Source of the DNA: Orbicella franksi
Lineage: Eukaryota
Assembly (NCBI GenBank): GCA_964199315.1
Contig: OZ116706.1
Location: 30,318,001-30,382,000 of the forward strand
Length of the DNA: 64,000 nucleotides
Direction: 5' to 3'
Shown: positions 62,593-64,000 of the stretch, piece after piece
Numbering within the stretch: the stretch's first letter is position 1
Layout of the letters: each line of letters begins with the position of its first letter
Program-made: the position numbers and the translations under genes
Notes under the pieces: model-generated
Databases searched by the model: none
The model's input: only the letters and a program-made list of their open reading frames with translations
What the model was told of the DNA's origin: nothing

Positions 62593-63480
62593 AACAGTTG
62601 GTTACAGCTTCTAAAGCCGTTGCTTCAAGTGGAATTAAAACACTTTACGGTCATATTTTATTATGAATTAGCTTCTTGTTACTCTGAAACCAAAAATATT
62701 CAGCTACACACTAGCCACGAACAATATATTATCACAAGTAACTGTCAACTTTTATTTTCAAAGTAAATTTCTCGACAATTAACTTTACTGCCGTGTAAAA
62801 TGACAAACTAACAACAATCTACTCCCAGCGGTTCAGTGCAAATGGCAATTCTTTTATTTAAATTACCCCCATCACTGCCTAAATGCTCACTTCAATTTTG
62901 AGATTTTGAGAAGAATATAATTTTGAAACCATTGAAACGATTTCTGGATTGTTTACTGTATAGTTAAATATTTTTGGTTTCAGAGTAAGAAGGAGCGAAC
63001 TCATAATAAAATATATCAAATATTCCACTTTAACCAACTGTTTTTAAACTTACCTTCTAAACCAGGAGATTTGCAAGGATAATTATGTGAAAGTAGCCTA
63101 TTCTTCGCCGGGGAAGCGAAATTTCTCGACAATGAACCTGAAATCGTCTTAAATAATGAGTTAATCGTCTCTGGAACAGCAGTCCACCACCAGCAGTTCA
63201 GTACAAATGGCTGTTATTTTTTAAAATTACCCCCATGACTGCCTAAATGCTCACTTCGATTTTCAGATGTTGAGAAGAATATCATTTTGTTACCACTGTA
63301 ACGGTTTCTTGATTTTACTTATTTAGTTGAATATTTTTGGTTTCAGAGTAAAAAGTAGCGTACTCATAATAAAATATGACCGAAACCTGTTTTAATTCCA
63401 CTTTAACCTACTAAGAGACTATGAATTAGTCTCTTGAACCAACTAAGTGTTTTAAAACTTTTCTTGTCAGCCAAGACATT
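62593..63480. repeat. Tandem duplication (~354-bp period) plus an inverted copy of its end
   Basis: AAATTTCTCGACAAT at 62765 and 63119, each followed by TTACCCCCAT.ACTGCCTAAATGCTCACTTC and AATATTTTTGGTTTCAGAGTAA; the reverse complement of the latter (TTACTCTGAAACCAAAAATATT) is near 62680. Confidence 0.75.
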
Positions 63481-64000
63481 TACAAGGATAATTATCCAAA
63501 ACTGGTTTGTAACACAGGAATTGAAATACAGTTCCAAATTGCGGGGAATTCGAAATAACCGAGTTTGAATTAGCGAGGTCCAACTGTATTACATACATAC
63601 AGCCTATTCTCCCAAAGAGCGAAACTTATGAAACAACATGTGGCTGTCTTCAGATCAACATCAAGATTCAGTTTATGCTTTTTAGATAGAGCGGCCAGTC
63701 AAGATTATGTTTGCTTTGACAATTTTTAAGCATTTTCTGTCTAGAAATAAGAAGGTATTTCAACGATGAAATAAAATTTGCTCTATACCGTTTTCATATT
63801 AAGTAGTTCGTGTTTTCTTGAAAAAAGGGGTAAAACTATTGGCTACTAATAAATGTCGTCATTTATTAGGAGTGTGGCATTCAGTAAAAAGGTTTATGGT
63901 TTTAGCTTGATTTACTAACAAATGAATTTTTAATTGCTCTTTCTCACGCAGAGAAATGCAAAATCTGATTGTAATTTGGCCCTTTCTCCACAAGTTCAGC

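Overview
AT-rich, intron-rich animal DNA, most likely a scleractinian coral or other anthozoan (inferred from the proteins and repeat families). Three host genes can be assembled by hand from GT-AG exons. (1) ALG8 glucosyltransferase on the minus strand, 12 exons, last exon outside the window. (2) OBI1/RNF219 RING ubiquitin ligase on the plus strand, 6 exons, 568 aa, head-to-head with ALG8 with only 143 bp between start codons. (3) A class IV POU homeobox gene (POU4/Brn3) on the minus strand, 2 exons, 321 aa. No other host gene was found in the ~36 kb between OBI1 and POU4. That interval holds a 2.8-kb Foldback/MULE-like element, a decayed 5.1-kb TIR element with a P2X7-ballast/KolX-like gene (Kolobok-like), an L2 LINE 3' end, tRNA-derived SINEs, MITEs and a minimal hammerhead ribozyme motif. 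The most notable observation is that OBI1 and POU4 are neighbours here, as OBI1 and POU4F1 are on human chromosome 13, suggesting a pre-bilaterian microsyntenic block. Family assignments come from my recall of sequences; no database searches were run.
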